From contig JALGVJ010000002.1 in NCBI GenBank assembly GCA_029838195.1, positions 1-64,000 of the forward strand: DNA of 64,000 nt, written 5' to 3'. The notes beneath the pieces were generated by a model, which was not told where the DNA came from, searched no databases, and worked only from the letters and a program-made list of their open reading frames with translations. How positions within the stretch are numbered: position 1 is the stretch's first letter; each line of letters starts with the position of its first letter. Positions 52,164-62,258 of this stretch are shown piece after piece. Source of the DNA: Promethearchaeota archaeon (GTDB lineage Archaea; Asgardarchaeota; Lokiarchaeia; Sigyniarchaeales; SOKP01). Both the position numbers and the translations under genes were made by a program.

Positions 52164-53321
52164 ATGAATGTAAAAGAAGCAAATGAACTGATTTCCCATC
52201 TATCAGATGTTATAGATTCTCAAGTTAACAAGCGGGGTTTGGTTGAATCCCAATTATTTCCTGTTACAGCTTATATTTGCGTGGCTTTTTATAATACTTA
52301 TGATTGTCTTTATAATATTTTGAAAAAGATTTCTGAAAAAATCACGCCGGAAAAAATGGGCAAGGAAAGCAAGAAAATCTTGTCGGAACTTCATGCACTT
52401 TCGATTTTTTACATACCTCTCTATTACTTACCGGGAAGAATGGGGTACATTCACAGAAATGGGGGGGCCCCTCATGTAGAGAGTGAGGAACAACAGAAGC
52501 AAACCATGTTCATTCTTGATTTTTGGAAACGATTAGCCAGTTCGTATCACCCAAATGGCGCACTCTGCGTGGAGGACGCAGGAGGCGTGAATCTAGCCTT
52601 AAATCAAGAGGATGTGGATTGGACATTGGAACATCTAAGAGAAATCTCGAAAGAAGAGGCATTAAAATTAAAAAAAACAATGGCAAATCTGGAATTGTTT
52701 TCCTTTCTCGATGAATGTGAGGCTCGTGCTAAAATTCATGACCATGGCCCTTATAAAATTAATGATAAAGAAGCCCTAATTTTTCGAGAAATTTCACACC
52801 TTTATGCTGGCGGCAAACCTCATTTTCCTTGGTCTGAAACCAAATTAAAGGCTCCTTATGAAAATATTGCCTTTGCCTTTAAGGTAAAGGATTTGGAAAT
52901 ATCCATTGATAACTTAGCAACAATGACTACGAATCCTCCAAATTTCACTCAAAATATTACGGCTGCTGCGATCTTTACTAGAGAGAAAGATACTGTAAAG
53001 CCCCTTAATTTTGACGTGTTAGATGCGTTTAATACTTATGCGACAGAAGGAAATAAGGAACTTTTTAAAAAATTTTATAAATGGAGTAAAAAAGAAAGAT
53101 TACTAGCGGGAGCCTTCGCATATTGTTATGGGTTTGCCCGATATACGAATTTTGTGGGAATAACAAGCGAAATTGATTGGAATTTAACAGAATATACCAT
53201 GAACACTTATGTTCCCATTTTTTTAGAAACGGATCATGATCCCGGCATTGCACGATTTTTCAGAACAAAGAGACAAAAGAAAAAAGAAGGCCCCTCTCTT
53301 TACCTATTACCGGAGAATTGA
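52164..53321 (+). CDS. Hypothetical protein divergent from the PEP-utilising domain genes
   Basis: 385-aa ORF with no recognised motif. Confidence 0.65.
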   Translation: MNVKEANELISHLSDVIDSQVNKRGLVESQLFPVTAYICVAFYNTYDCLYNILKKISEKITPEKMGKESKKILSELHALSIFYIPLYYLPGRMGYIHRNGGAPHVESEEQQKQTMFILDFWKRLASSYHPNGALCVEDAGGVNLALNQEDVDWTLEHLREISKEEALKLKKTMANLELFSFLDECEARAKIHDHGPYKINDKEALIFREISHLYAGGKPHFPWSETKLKAPYENIAFAFKVKDLEISIDNLATMTTNPPNFTQNITAAAIFTREKDTVKPLNFDVLDAFNTYATEGNKELFKKFYKWSKKERLLAGAFAYCYGFARYTNFVGITSEIDWNLTEYTMNTYVPIFLETDHDPGIARFFRTKRQKKKEGPSLYLLPEN

Positions 53322-54250
53322 TGATAGAAATGAAGGATAGAAGCAGAATGGTCGTAAAAAAGGAAGAAGATGATTATCTCCATGATCCCGATACCACTCT
53401 TAAATGGAGAGAATCTTATTATTTTAATTGGGTGGATCTAAAAAATAAAATTTCCGGCTTCTCTACAATTGGAATCGTACCAAATGAAAAAAAAAGAGAA
53501 TTGGTATTTTTTCTCTTTACTGAAGATAAGAGAGAGGCATATTATCGAGAGCCTCCCTTGGAAAAGTATGATAAAAATATTGACATGATGCTCCAAGACA
53601 AGAAACTTGCCTATAAATTAATTAAACCCTTGAAGACGTGGGATATCATGTTTAAATCTCATAAATTAGAATTTAAAATTAGATTTGATGCACGTTATCC
53701 TCATCACTATTTCGGAGTAGGCTCCTCCTCTTCATGGCACCAACATTTTGAAGCCTCAGGCAATATTAAAGGAGCATTAACGTATAAAAATGAAAATACC
53801 ATCAATATTAACGGATATGGCCAAAGAGATAAAAGTTGGGGATATCGCGACTGGCATAAATTCCAAAAATGGTTTGCCGGGCATTTTCAATTTGAAAACT
53901 GGACGTGTGGATTCCGAAAAGATTATATCCATGACAAGGTGGACCTCTCAGGATATATCGCTGACGCAAAAGGAAGTTATCGGCTCTCCCAACTCGATAT
54001 TAATGTTCAATATAATAATGATCAATACAAAAGCCCTCAAATAACGACCTACTTCATCAAAGATGAGAATGGCAGAGAGTTTCACATCGAAGCCCGCTTA
54101 ATTCAAAAACATTCATTCATTCGGTTTGCCAGAGATTTTCCCGGCGGTTATACCGAATTATTTGAACAAATGGTAATCATGAAAAATTTAGATACTGGAG
54201 AAATTGGTTCAGGAATGGCTGAACAACTGCGAACTATCCGTCAAAATTGA
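53318..54250 (+). CDS. AttH/CrtC/tocopherol-cyclase-like beta-barrel protein
   Basis: WRESYYFNW, QHFEASG, GQRDKSWGYRDW. Confidence 0.6.
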   Translation: MMIEMKDRSRMVVKKEEDDYLHDPDTTLKWRESYYFNWVDLKNKISGFSTIGIVPNEKKRELVFFLFTEDKREAYYREPPLEKYDKNIDMMLQDKKLAYKLIKPLKTWDIMFKSHKLEFKIRFDARYPHHYFGVGSSSSWHQHFEASGNIKGALTYKNENTININGYGQRDKSWGYRDWHKFQKWFAGHFQFENWTCGFRKDYIHDKVDLSGYIADAKGSYRLSQLDINVQYNNDQYKSPQITTYFIKDENGREFHIEARLIQKHSFIRFARDFPGGYTELFEQMVIMKNLDTGEIGSGMAEQLRTIRQN

Positions 54251-54413
54251 AATTTTTTTTACCTTATTCTCGTTATATTATTCTAGCACAAATACCGATT
54301 GCATTTTCCGATTATTTTACTTATCATGATAAATTACAAAATTTAAATATTTAAAAATTAAAATCTAAGTATATAATAAATAATTTAAAAATCATTATCA
54401 AGGTAAAAAAACT

Positions 54414-55283
54414 ATGTGTCAATGGTGCATGAAACATGGCGCTGGAAAAAAATGGTACATGAATGCGCGAAATTACTCCAATGAACTCGCCGATGAATAT
54501 AACATGAAAGAATACCTAACTGAACAATGGATGAATTTCGAACAAGTGTTCATCAGAAAAATCGCTGGCACTTCCTCCAAAAATTTAGGTTATAAATTAA
54601 AACTCCCCATCATTGGACGTATCTTACGATGGCAAGCGGAGAAAATGATTCACTCTGAAAAGAAAAATCGAAACCCCGTGCGAGCCGACGGCCATTTTGG
54701 ACAAGTAATCCCCCTAGAAGATGCCCAAATTATAATGCAACAATTAGCTGCTGAACCCATCATTTTGAATTATTGCATGTGCCGATGGATGCAGAGAAAA
54801 GAAAAAGAAGCTGTTTGCATCAATTTTGGTGTACTATCGGAAGTGATAGAAAAATTGCCTCGCTTCATTCCGAAAGATAGAACTGTTCGAATTGATAGGG
54901 AAACAGCAGTGAAAAAATTAGAGGATTTTAATAAGAAAGGATACATTGCATCGGTATGGTTTCAACCAGTTCCATACATAAATGCGATTTGTTCGTGTGA
55001 AGCTCCCGAATGTGGAGGATTAACATTAAGAACGAATTTTGACCTTAAAGCCGTCTATAAGGCAGAATATATCATCCAATTAGATCAAGATAAATGCCAA
55101 GGATGTGCGCAATGTGTCAAGATGTGCCAATTTAGCGCAATCAGGTATATCCCTTCCTTAAATCGCGTTATAATTGATTATGACAAGTGTTTTGGCTGTG
55201 GAGTCTGTCGTCATGCGTGTAAAAACGGAGCCTTGAAGCTCATCCCTCGAGAAGAATATCCCGGCTTTACGGGAGAATATTAA
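54414..55283 (+). CDS. 4Fe-4S dicluster protein
   Basis: C-terminal CQGCAQCVKMC and CFGCGVCRHAC; additional CMCR and CSC. Confidence 0.85.
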   Translation: MCQWCMKHGAGKKWYMNARNYSNELADEYNMKEYLTEQWMNFEQVFIRKIAGTSSKNLGYKLKLPIIGRILRWQAEKMIHSEKKNRNPVRADGHFGQVIPLEDAQIIMQQLAAEPIILNYCMCRWMQRKEKEAVCINFGVLSEVIEKLPRFIPKDRTVRIDRETAVKKLEDFNKKGYIASVWFQPVPYINAICSCEAPECGGLTLRTNFDLKAVYKAEYIIQLDQDKCQGCAQCVKMCQFSAIRYIPSLNRVIIDYDKCFGCGVCRHACKNGALKLIPREEYPGFTGEY

Positions 55284-55301
55284 GATTTGGGGGTGTCAAT
55301 C

Positions 55302-55580
55302 ATGGTGATGGGAAAAAAAAGAAGGAAAACGAAAATTAAGATAGATTATTCTAAATGTGGGGAGAAGGGAAAAGTAGACCCTCGTGATTGCGGTCTCTGT
55401 TTGAAAGCGTGTGATCCTGCAGTTTTTATTATGCATGAGACTATTGGTACGGAGAAAAAACAAAAAGATCCATTTGATCCTCAAGATTGGAGGATCACGC
55501 CTATTTGGGGTTCTTTATGCACTCGCTGCTTTAAATGCGTTCAAGTTTGCCCGGAAAATGCGATATCTATTAGTTGGTAA
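55302..55580 (+). CDS. Ferredoxin-like protein
   Basis: C..CGLCLKAC and CTRCFKCVQVCP. Confidence 0.8.
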   Translation: MVMGKKRRKTKIKIDYSKCGEKGKVDPRDCGLCLKACDPAVFIMHETIGTEKKQKDPFDPQDWRITPIWGSLCTRCFKCVQVCPENAISISW

Positions 55581-55607
55581 AAAATTTTTAATCTTTTTTT
55601 TAAATTT

Positions 55608-56378
55608 TTAATCATTTTCGTTTAATTTCGAAAGGATCTCTTTCATAATTTTTTTTTCGAAATTTGGGAAAAGATTTTGAGTTTCATGATAAACCTTGGT
55701 GAGATCAAGGTTAAAACACTTGGCGATTCGCTTTAATTTTTTAAGTTGATCTTCAATGGAAAAATGGGTTATTTCTTGCACGGAATGATCAATTTCAACG
55801 TCAGCGAAGCGGAAAGTGGCGTATCGAATTGCTTTTAACGTGATTTCAAAATCCGCCAGCCAATTTTTATCTTCGGGTAAAATTAATTCAGTAATCTCGC
55901 TTTTAAAGCCATATAATCCAGGTTGAGCATCAAAGTCTAATGTTAGATTAGGATTGTTTAAGATTTTAATGGCGCATGCGGCTTCAAATTGTTCAAATGG
56001 TAATCTATTTAAAATTTTATCTTGATATTTCATTTTTAGATTTCGATTTTTTCTTTGGGGAATGATGATCTCCCATTTATCTTGGAACAACAATTCTTTT
56101 ACAATCTCGAGAGAATTCAAGGGAAATTGCCCATCACCATCGGTAATCATGCAATATTCTCCCAATTCTCTGGCTAAAATCATGGACATTCGTCTATTCT
56201 TTCCGAATCCCAAGCGAGAGTCATTAATTAAATAGTTATCGCAAAATTGCGTGAAATCTAAATTCTCGGGTTCATCGAATGAAATAACGATTCTTGCATT
56301 CAATTTCTTTTTAAGAAGTTTTAACCAATCTAGGTTGATGTTCTTGTAAGCAATGAGAGCGATGGTTAGATTTCTCAC
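55608..56378 (-). CDS. GT-A fold (GT2-like) glycosyltransferase
   Basis: GFGKNRR, TDGDGQF DxD motif, DAQPG. Confidence 0.6.
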   Translation of the reverse strand: MRNLTIALIAYKNINLDWLKLLKKKLNARIVISFDEPENLDFTQFCDNYLINDSRLGFGKNRRMSMILARELGEYCMITDGDGQFPLNSLEIVKELLFQDKWEIIIPQRKNRNLKMKYQDKILNRLPFEQFEAACAIKILNNPNLTLDFDAQPGLYGFKSEITELILPEDKNWLADFEITLKAIRYATFRFADVEIDHSVQEITHFSIEDQLKKLKRIAKCFNLDLTKVYHETQNLFPNFEKKIMKEILSKLNEND

Positions 56379-56689
56379 GATTAAGAGGTTTAAGGAGTTG
56401 AGTTTATTTACATTATGATGCGTTCTATTTATTTTTTATTAAAAGGTTTTCATATCATTCAATTTAAAAAATGCGGGAACAAGAGAGTTTTATTTAGTAT
56501 TTACCGGTTAGAATTAAGGGATTTGAATCTTAATCTTAATAGTGGAAGTTTAAAAGAATGAACGAAATCGAATTTATTTTGGTGAGTGTTTCATTTTCTT
56601 TTATGATAAGTAAATAAAGATTAAGAAACTTGAAGAATTATTTAAGAACGCGTCATTACCCATATTTTAATGAAGGTGATTTAAAATAC

Positions 56690-58099
56690 ATGATAGATAA
56701 GAACGAGTTAACTAGTCAGTTCCGGTCGTTTAAATATAAAACTATTGATGATCTTAAAAGTGAGTTAAACCACCTCAATTTAGAGCTACCCCTTGTAGAG
56801 GATTGTAGTTCTTTAACCAAAGAGCTGCTATTTGAGCAAATCCTCTTGCCAAATCGGATAGCTATTCAACCTATGGAAGGATTTGATGCCAAATTAGATG
56901 GTACGCCGGGACATTTAACCATGCGAAGGTATGAACGATATGCTCGGGGCGGTGCTGCATTAATTTGGGTGGAAGCTACGGCTATAGTTCCTGAAGGCAA
57001 ATCAAATCCGCGACAATTATATCTTTCCGAGAAAAATGTAAACCAATTTACTCAATTCGTATCTACTATTAGGAATAGGTGTAATTCAACCCTGAAAGAA
57101 TTAGGGTTTAAAGCAAATTGTTTAATCATTCTTCAATTAAATCATTCAGGAAGATATAGCAAAAAAAATGGTCATCCATATCCTATCAAGATTTATCAAA
57201 ATCCAGCATTGGATAAAGCAATGGGGATTTCAGAAAGAGAAGGAAAAATTATTACTGATGAGGAGCTGGAAGAGTTAGAAAAAATATGGGTTCAAAAAGC
57301 TCTTTTAGCAAAAGAAGCAGGATTTGATGGCGTAGATATTAAATCTTGTCATGGCTATTTGATTAGCGAATTAATAAGTTCGCATTCTCGATTAAATTCT
57401 AAGTATGGAGGTAAGAGTTTGGAAAATCGAACAAAATTTTTCTTTAATATAATTAAAAAATTAAAAAAAAGGCTCCAAATCGGAGATCCTTTTATTATAA
57501 CCACGCGATTTGGAGTTTATGATGAATTACCGTATCCTAATGGTTTTGGAATCTCACGTGATAAAAAACAAAAGGTGCCTTCCATTGATTTAACTGAACC
57601 CATTCAAGTCATTAAAAAATTACATGAACTCGATATTAGATTAATTAATATTTCTGCGGGAAATCCTCATTACAAGCCTTATTTGACCAGACCTTTTGAT
57701 ACTCCGATTCCAGGAACTGATTTTCCTCCTGAACATCCCTTGTATGGCGTTTTTAGAATCATTAAACTAGCATCATTGATAAAATCTCAAGTGCCAAAAG
57801 ACATGGTAATATTAGGTTCCGGCTATTCTTATTTACGTCATCTTGCGGGCTATATCTGTGCCGGACTTATCAAGCAAAACATGGTGGATATTTGCGGTTT
57901 CGGTCGAATGGCACTTGCCAATCCGGATTTTCCGAAACAATTATTTATGGATGGTCAAATATACCCAAAAAAATCCTGTATTACATGCTCTAAATGTTCA
58001 GAATTAATGCGCTTGGGGTCTATTACAGGATGCGTAATTCGTGATGAATTATATAAAAAAATTTATAAAGAAATAAAAAGTAAGAACGCCGCTCGTTAA
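56690..58099 (+). CDS. NADH:flavin oxidoreductase (old yellow enzyme family)
   Basis: PNRIAIQPMEG, QLNHSGR, AGFDGVDIKSCHGYL, CITCSKC; start placed at the ATG after GAAGGTGA. Confidence 0.88.
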   Translation: MIDKNELTSQFRSFKYKTIDDLKSELNHLNLELPLVEDCSSLTKELLFEQILLPNRIAIQPMEGFDAKLDGTPGHLTMRRYERYARGGAALIWVEATAIVPEGKSNPRQLYLSEKNVNQFTQFVSTIRNRCNSTLKELGFKANCLIILQLNHSGRYSKKNGHPYPIKIYQNPALDKAMGISEREGKIITDEELEELEKIWVQKALLAKEAGFDGVDIKSCHGYLISELISSHSRLNSKYGGKSLENRTKFFFNIIKKLKKRLQIGDPFIITTRFGVYDELPYPNGFGISRDKKQKVPSIDLTEPIQVIKKLHELDIRLINISAGNPHYKPYLTRPFDTPIPGTDFPPEHPLYGVFRIIKLASLIKSQVPKDMVILGSGYSYLRHLAGYICAGLIKQNMVDICGFGRMALANPDFPKQLFMDGQIYPKKSCITCSKCSELMRLGSITGCVIRDELYKKIYKEIKSKNAAR

Positions 58100-60174
58100 T
58101 CAAATATTTTATTCTGAACGTAATCTTTCCATGTATTTTCAAACCACGAAGTTACTTTAGGAATGGGTCTTACATCCACCCATTTACATTTTATTGGGAG
58201 AGGATTCATGGAATTTTTTGGTGTCCTTTCAAGAAAAATTGTCAAAATCTTGTCTTTTAAATTTCTTTTACTCTTAATGAAAGCATATTGCTGTAATTGC
58301 TTGCATGGTATTGCTTTCTTTTCCGCATGATTGGGATTTAAAGTATTGCGCAAGATGATGGATGATCCCCTACTTCCTCCATGAGCACGATGATATTCTA
58401 GAAGGGAAGTAAGAATGAAGAGTCCCATGAGAAGCGAATTTTTGATTTTAAAATACTCAAAAACATCTTTATTAGATTCAATTAAAACTATATTATTGAA
58501 GTTTATTAGCCACTTTCTAAGGATGTTTATTTTTTCTTCAAGACCTTCTAAAGGTCTAATGATACCTCCATATTTTTCCATGATTTCTTTAAGTTGATTA
58601 AGATAAAACGAAACATGTTTACATTGAAGGGAAAAATTGCGCAAGTCGTTAGCCATTTTCTTGGTTTTATTATTAAATAAAGGTTTTAATTCCATAATTA
58701 AATCATTAAGCTCTCGTTTCGCGAGACGGACAAACTCTTCCTTCTTCATGGTAATTGAATGATAAGCATGTCCAATTTTTTGAGCCGCCCGCAAGCCTCC
58801 CACTTGACCTGAATTTAATGCACTTCCACCGGGCCTGTGAATACCATGGCTTCCATTAACTTCCCCTATAGAAAATAAATGTCTTACGGAAATAGTTTCC
58901 CACCAAATATCACCGGCAATTCCCCCATTCATGTGCTGATTACAAACTGCTATTTCGAGTGGCTCTTTTTTTAAATCGATATCATGCTCCAAATAGAGAT
59001 GATAGGCATCTTCATTCAATTTTAATAAACGCTTAATAGGAGTTTTAGCTAACGCATTTGATTTAGCTAAATATTCACGAGCGATGGGATCTAATTGTTC
59101 CATGCTAAATCCTTTAGGATTTTCGGTATAATCCAAAAATACTTTCCTTCCCAACGTTTCTGTTTCATGGTATACCGCTAAATCGATTAGAGAAGAACCG
59201 TGATTTTCTATCCGTTCTACATTAAATGGCCATTGATATCCTTTTAAAAAGATGGCTCGAGAGAGAATCGTAAAGGAGGGAAAATATTGCTCGAGAAACT
59301 CGAATATCCTTCCATTTTCATCAAGAGAATAATAACGCGGAATGACTTGTTGATAAGAACCGGAAAGATTCCACCGAAATTTTTTTGAAGCTATCCCAAA
59401 TTGCGATTCAGTCAAGTTCTGTAATACGGCTCCTGCTTGAATTGCTACTCCCGTTGATCCCCATTGAGAAGGAGGATAAACAGAATTTTTATAAAGTTGA
59501 GCTGGACCTCCGGTAGCAAGGATTAAATTTTCCGCTTTATAAACCTTAATACTGCTAATTAAATTTTCAATGCTTAATGTATCTTTTAATTTATCTATTT
59601 GAAGAGCTAACAAACCGATTGCTTCAGGAGGATTTCTTGAAGAATCAGTAAGTATACGAAAGACAAGGGTGTTATCATGAATGGCTATATCGTATTGTCG
59701 CACTTTTTTTAAAAGGCAATTACACATTTCTTGCGAAGTTAAGGGTCCTATAGACGTCGCTCTTTGCCTTGGATCATTATCCGTTTTATATCCAACATAC
59801 CCTCCAAATTTATCGTGAGGAAAAGGCATGCCTAAATGAATTAAGTGAAAAAATTCACGAATTGAGTTAGTGGCTTCCACGAGAGCAATATCACCGTGCA
59901 TGCATCCCCCCTTAAATAAATCTCTTGCTAATTCTAAAGGAGAATCCAATTCTCCCCCATGAATGGCCATTTTATAATATGTTTGTTTATCAGAACCCGC
60001 ATTAAAAGAAGTACCTCCACCTAATTTCTCCGTCACGATAGCAATTTGCGAATTTTCAAATCCTCCTTCTTCAACGAGATGAATAGCACAATTAAGACTC
60101 GCCGCACCCGATCCAATTAATATAGAATGATATTCGAAAATCTCTTTATTTTTTTCAAATTTATCGTTTTCCAT
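58096..60174 (-). CDS. FAD-binding protein (succinate dehydrogenase/fumarate reductase flavoprotein-like)
   Basis: IGSGAA, LATGG, QHMNGG, IGEV.G.HG..RPGGSAL. Confidence 0.8.
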   Translation of the reverse strand: MENDKFEKNKEIFEYHSILIGSGAASLNCAIHLVEEGGFENSQIAIVTEKLGGGTSFNAGSDKQTYYKMAIHGGELDSPLELARDLFKGGCMHGDIALVEATNSIREFFHLIHLGMPFPHDKFGGYVGYKTDNDPRQRATSIGPLTSQEMCNCLLKKVRQYDIAIHDNTLVFRILTDSSRNPPEAIGLLALQIDKLKDTLSIENLISSIKVYKAENLILATGGPAQLYKNSVYPPSQWGSTGVAIQAGAVLQNLTESQFGIASKKFRWNLSGSYQQVIPRYYSLDENGRIFEFLEQYFPSFTILSRAIFLKGYQWPFNVERIENHGSSLIDLAVYHETETLGRKVFLDYTENPKGFSMEQLDPIAREYLAKSNALAKTPIKRLLKLNEDAYHLYLEHDIDLKKEPLEIAVCNQHMNGGIAGDIWWETISVRHLFSIGEVNGSHGIHRPGGSALNSGQVGGLRAAQKIGHAYHSITMKKEEFVRLAKRELNDLIMELKPLFNNKTKKMANDLRNFSLQCKHVSFYLNQLKEIMEKYGGIIRPLEGLEEKINILRKWLINFNNIVLIESNKDVFEYFKIKNSLLMGLFILTSLLEYHRAHGGSRGSSIILRNTLNPNHAEKKAIPCKQLQQYAFIKSKRNLKDKILTIFLERTPKNSMNPLPIKCKWVDVRPIPKVTSWFENTWKDYVQNKIFD

Positions 60175-60190
60175 TTTACTTCACTTCTTA

Positions 60191-60991
60191 CTAAAGTCTA
60201 TGTAAGTGAAATCCTCCATCCACGTGTATTATCTCACCCGTGGAATAGGGTAAATTACCCGCAACAATCGCAGCTACCACTTGTGCTACCTCTTCGGGCA
60301 ATCCCCATCGCCTCAGAGGCGTAAGACCTTGTTCAAATAATTTATCATATTTTTCTTTTACGGGTTCCGTCATGGGCGTTTTAATAATTCCCGGTTGAAT
60401 TTCAAATACCGGAATGTCATGTTCAGCAAGCCTAACGGCATATAATTTCGTCATCATGGTGAGTCCTGCTTTTGATATGCAATATTCTCCACGATTAGGC
60501 GAAGCCGTGAAACTCGAGATAGAAGAGATGTTAATGATATAGGGTGTATACTCTCCTTGAAACCTTTTCTTTAATTCAATCATCCATTTGGCAATTGCTT
60601 GAGTAAGGAAATAAGGACCTTGGAGGTTAATCCTTAACACCCTTTCAAATTCTTCCTCGGATGCTTCTAATAAGTCTTTTCGTTCTCTTGGCGCTACTCC
60701 GGCATTATTTACTAACACATCAATTCTATTGAACTTCTCTTTAATTGTGCTCACTAACTTTTCTCGATCCTCAGGATTACCGATATCTGCTTTAACATAA
60801 GTGAATTTCTCTAATGCATTTCCAAAAATCTCGTTTAATTGAGATTCATAACTTTCGGATAACCTTACAGTTGAGGCTCCATTTAATACGAGAGAATATT
60901 TCAATCTTGCTAATTTAAGAGCAATAGCTTTTCCTATACCGTGCGTGCTACCCGTTATAAGTGCAACTTTATCGGATGAATTCATTCCCAT
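60191..60991 (-). CDS. Short-chain dehydrogenase/reductase
   Basis: TGSTHGIG, NNAG, YCISK, VDGG. Confidence 0.9.
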   Translation of the reverse strand: MGMNSSDKVALITGSTHGIGKAIALKLARLKYSLVLNGASTVRLSESYESQLNEIFGNALEKFTYVKADIGNPEDREKLVSTIKEKFNRIDVLVNNAGVAPRERKDLLEASEEEFERVLRINLQGPYFLTQAIAKWMIELKKRFQGEYTPYIINISSISSFTASPNRGEYCISKAGLTMMTKLYAVRLAEHDIPVFEIQPGIIKTPMTEPVKEKYDKLFEQGLTPLRRWGLPEEVAQVVAAIVAGNLPYSTGEIIHVDGGFHLHRL

Positions 60992-61226
60992 TACCTTTCG
61001 CTTTCAATGTGTAAAGAAAATTACTCATTCCTAAAAAATGCTCTAAACCTAAAATCATTATAATCTAAATATTTTCACATGAGAAAAATAAATTTTATAT
61101 TTTACTAAAAAGGAAAAAAAATCTAAAGTATCATTCAGAGATATGAAAAAATGAAATCATTATTAATCGAACACTTAGATTTCTAAATTCTTAAATTAAA
61201 AAGCGTTTTATGGTAAGAAAAAAGGC

Positions 61227-62021
61227 TTAACCAATCTCAATGGGAGCAGCTGTTCGCCATAAATAGCTAAAATAATAATTAGCCGCCGGCGCAAAGGCAA
61301 TATAATCCGCCAGAATTCCAAAATACGACATTCTTTGGAAAAACTTTTGCGATAATATGATAAATGCATCCTCTCCCTCATCAATTACGATAGATTCTCC
61401 AAAAATTTGATCACGATATCGAATTTCGCATAATTTATCATATTTTAATAAAATTTCTTTTTTCTTGTCAACGTTTAAGCTTGTCTCTTCCACCAATAAT
61501 CTTAAATCGGTACACCCTCGCGCTCGAGCTTTTTCTATATCACTAAAATAAATATCTAAAAATTCAAAATCCGTAGCTGTGAGGTATATAGCCGTTTTAG
61601 CGATATTAATCAAAGCTAAGACTTTATTTAAACAAACGTCTCTTCCCCGATGAACATACAAGGAAATTTTAATGGGAGTATCATGTGATTGATAGATGGG
61701 AGAAAGAGCATGAATGATATTGTTAGAATGCGAATCAAACATGTCATTATATTGCTTTTTAGCTATCACGAGAGCCTCGTCCGGGCTTTTGGCAAAATAT
61801 CGTGAGGGTCGAGAATCCTCTTTAACAATCCACTGCTTCTCTTTTTCTAATTGGGTTAAAATATTATATATACGAGAATAAGGGACTCCTGAGGCCTCGG
61901 AAAGCTCACGAGCATCCATGGGCCCCTTTGAAATGAGTGTTAAATAGATTGAAATTTCATAATCGGTTAATCCAATTTGCTTCAATGATTCTTTAACGCT
62001 TTCGGGTATTTCTCTTGACAT
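61227..62021 (-). CDS. TrmB-family transcriptional regulator
   Basis: GLTDYE..IY..L, SGVPYSRIY wHTH, C-terminal sugar-binding-like domain. Confidence 0.88.
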   Translation of the reverse strand: MSREIPESVKESLKQIGLTDYEISIYLTLISKGPMDARELSEASGVPYSRIYNILTQLEKEKQWIVKEDSRPSRYFAKSPDEALVIAKKQYNDMFDSHSNNIIHALSPIYQSHDTPIKISLYVHRGRDVCLNKVLALINIAKTAIYLTATDFEFLDIYFSDIEKARARGCTDLRLLVEETSLNVDKKKEILLKYDKLCEIRYRDQIFGESIVIDEGEDAFIILSQKFFQRMSYFGILADYIAFAPAANYYFSYLWRTAAPIEIG

Positions 62022-62258
62022 TACACTTGACCTTTTATTCTAAATTTAATCTTGTAAGATTTGTATTCGACTTATTATATTAAATGATGTTTAAGTCCAA
62101 TACAAACAATAATATTGCGATTACTAATTAATTAATCTAAATGGAAAATGCTATTTATTTTTATTTAGTTCCGGCGTGATATAAAATCTTTTTGAAATGC
62201 ATCCTCATATCAAGACTATATGGTAAGAAAAAAAAGCAATTTTTTCAAATCTCGTTAG

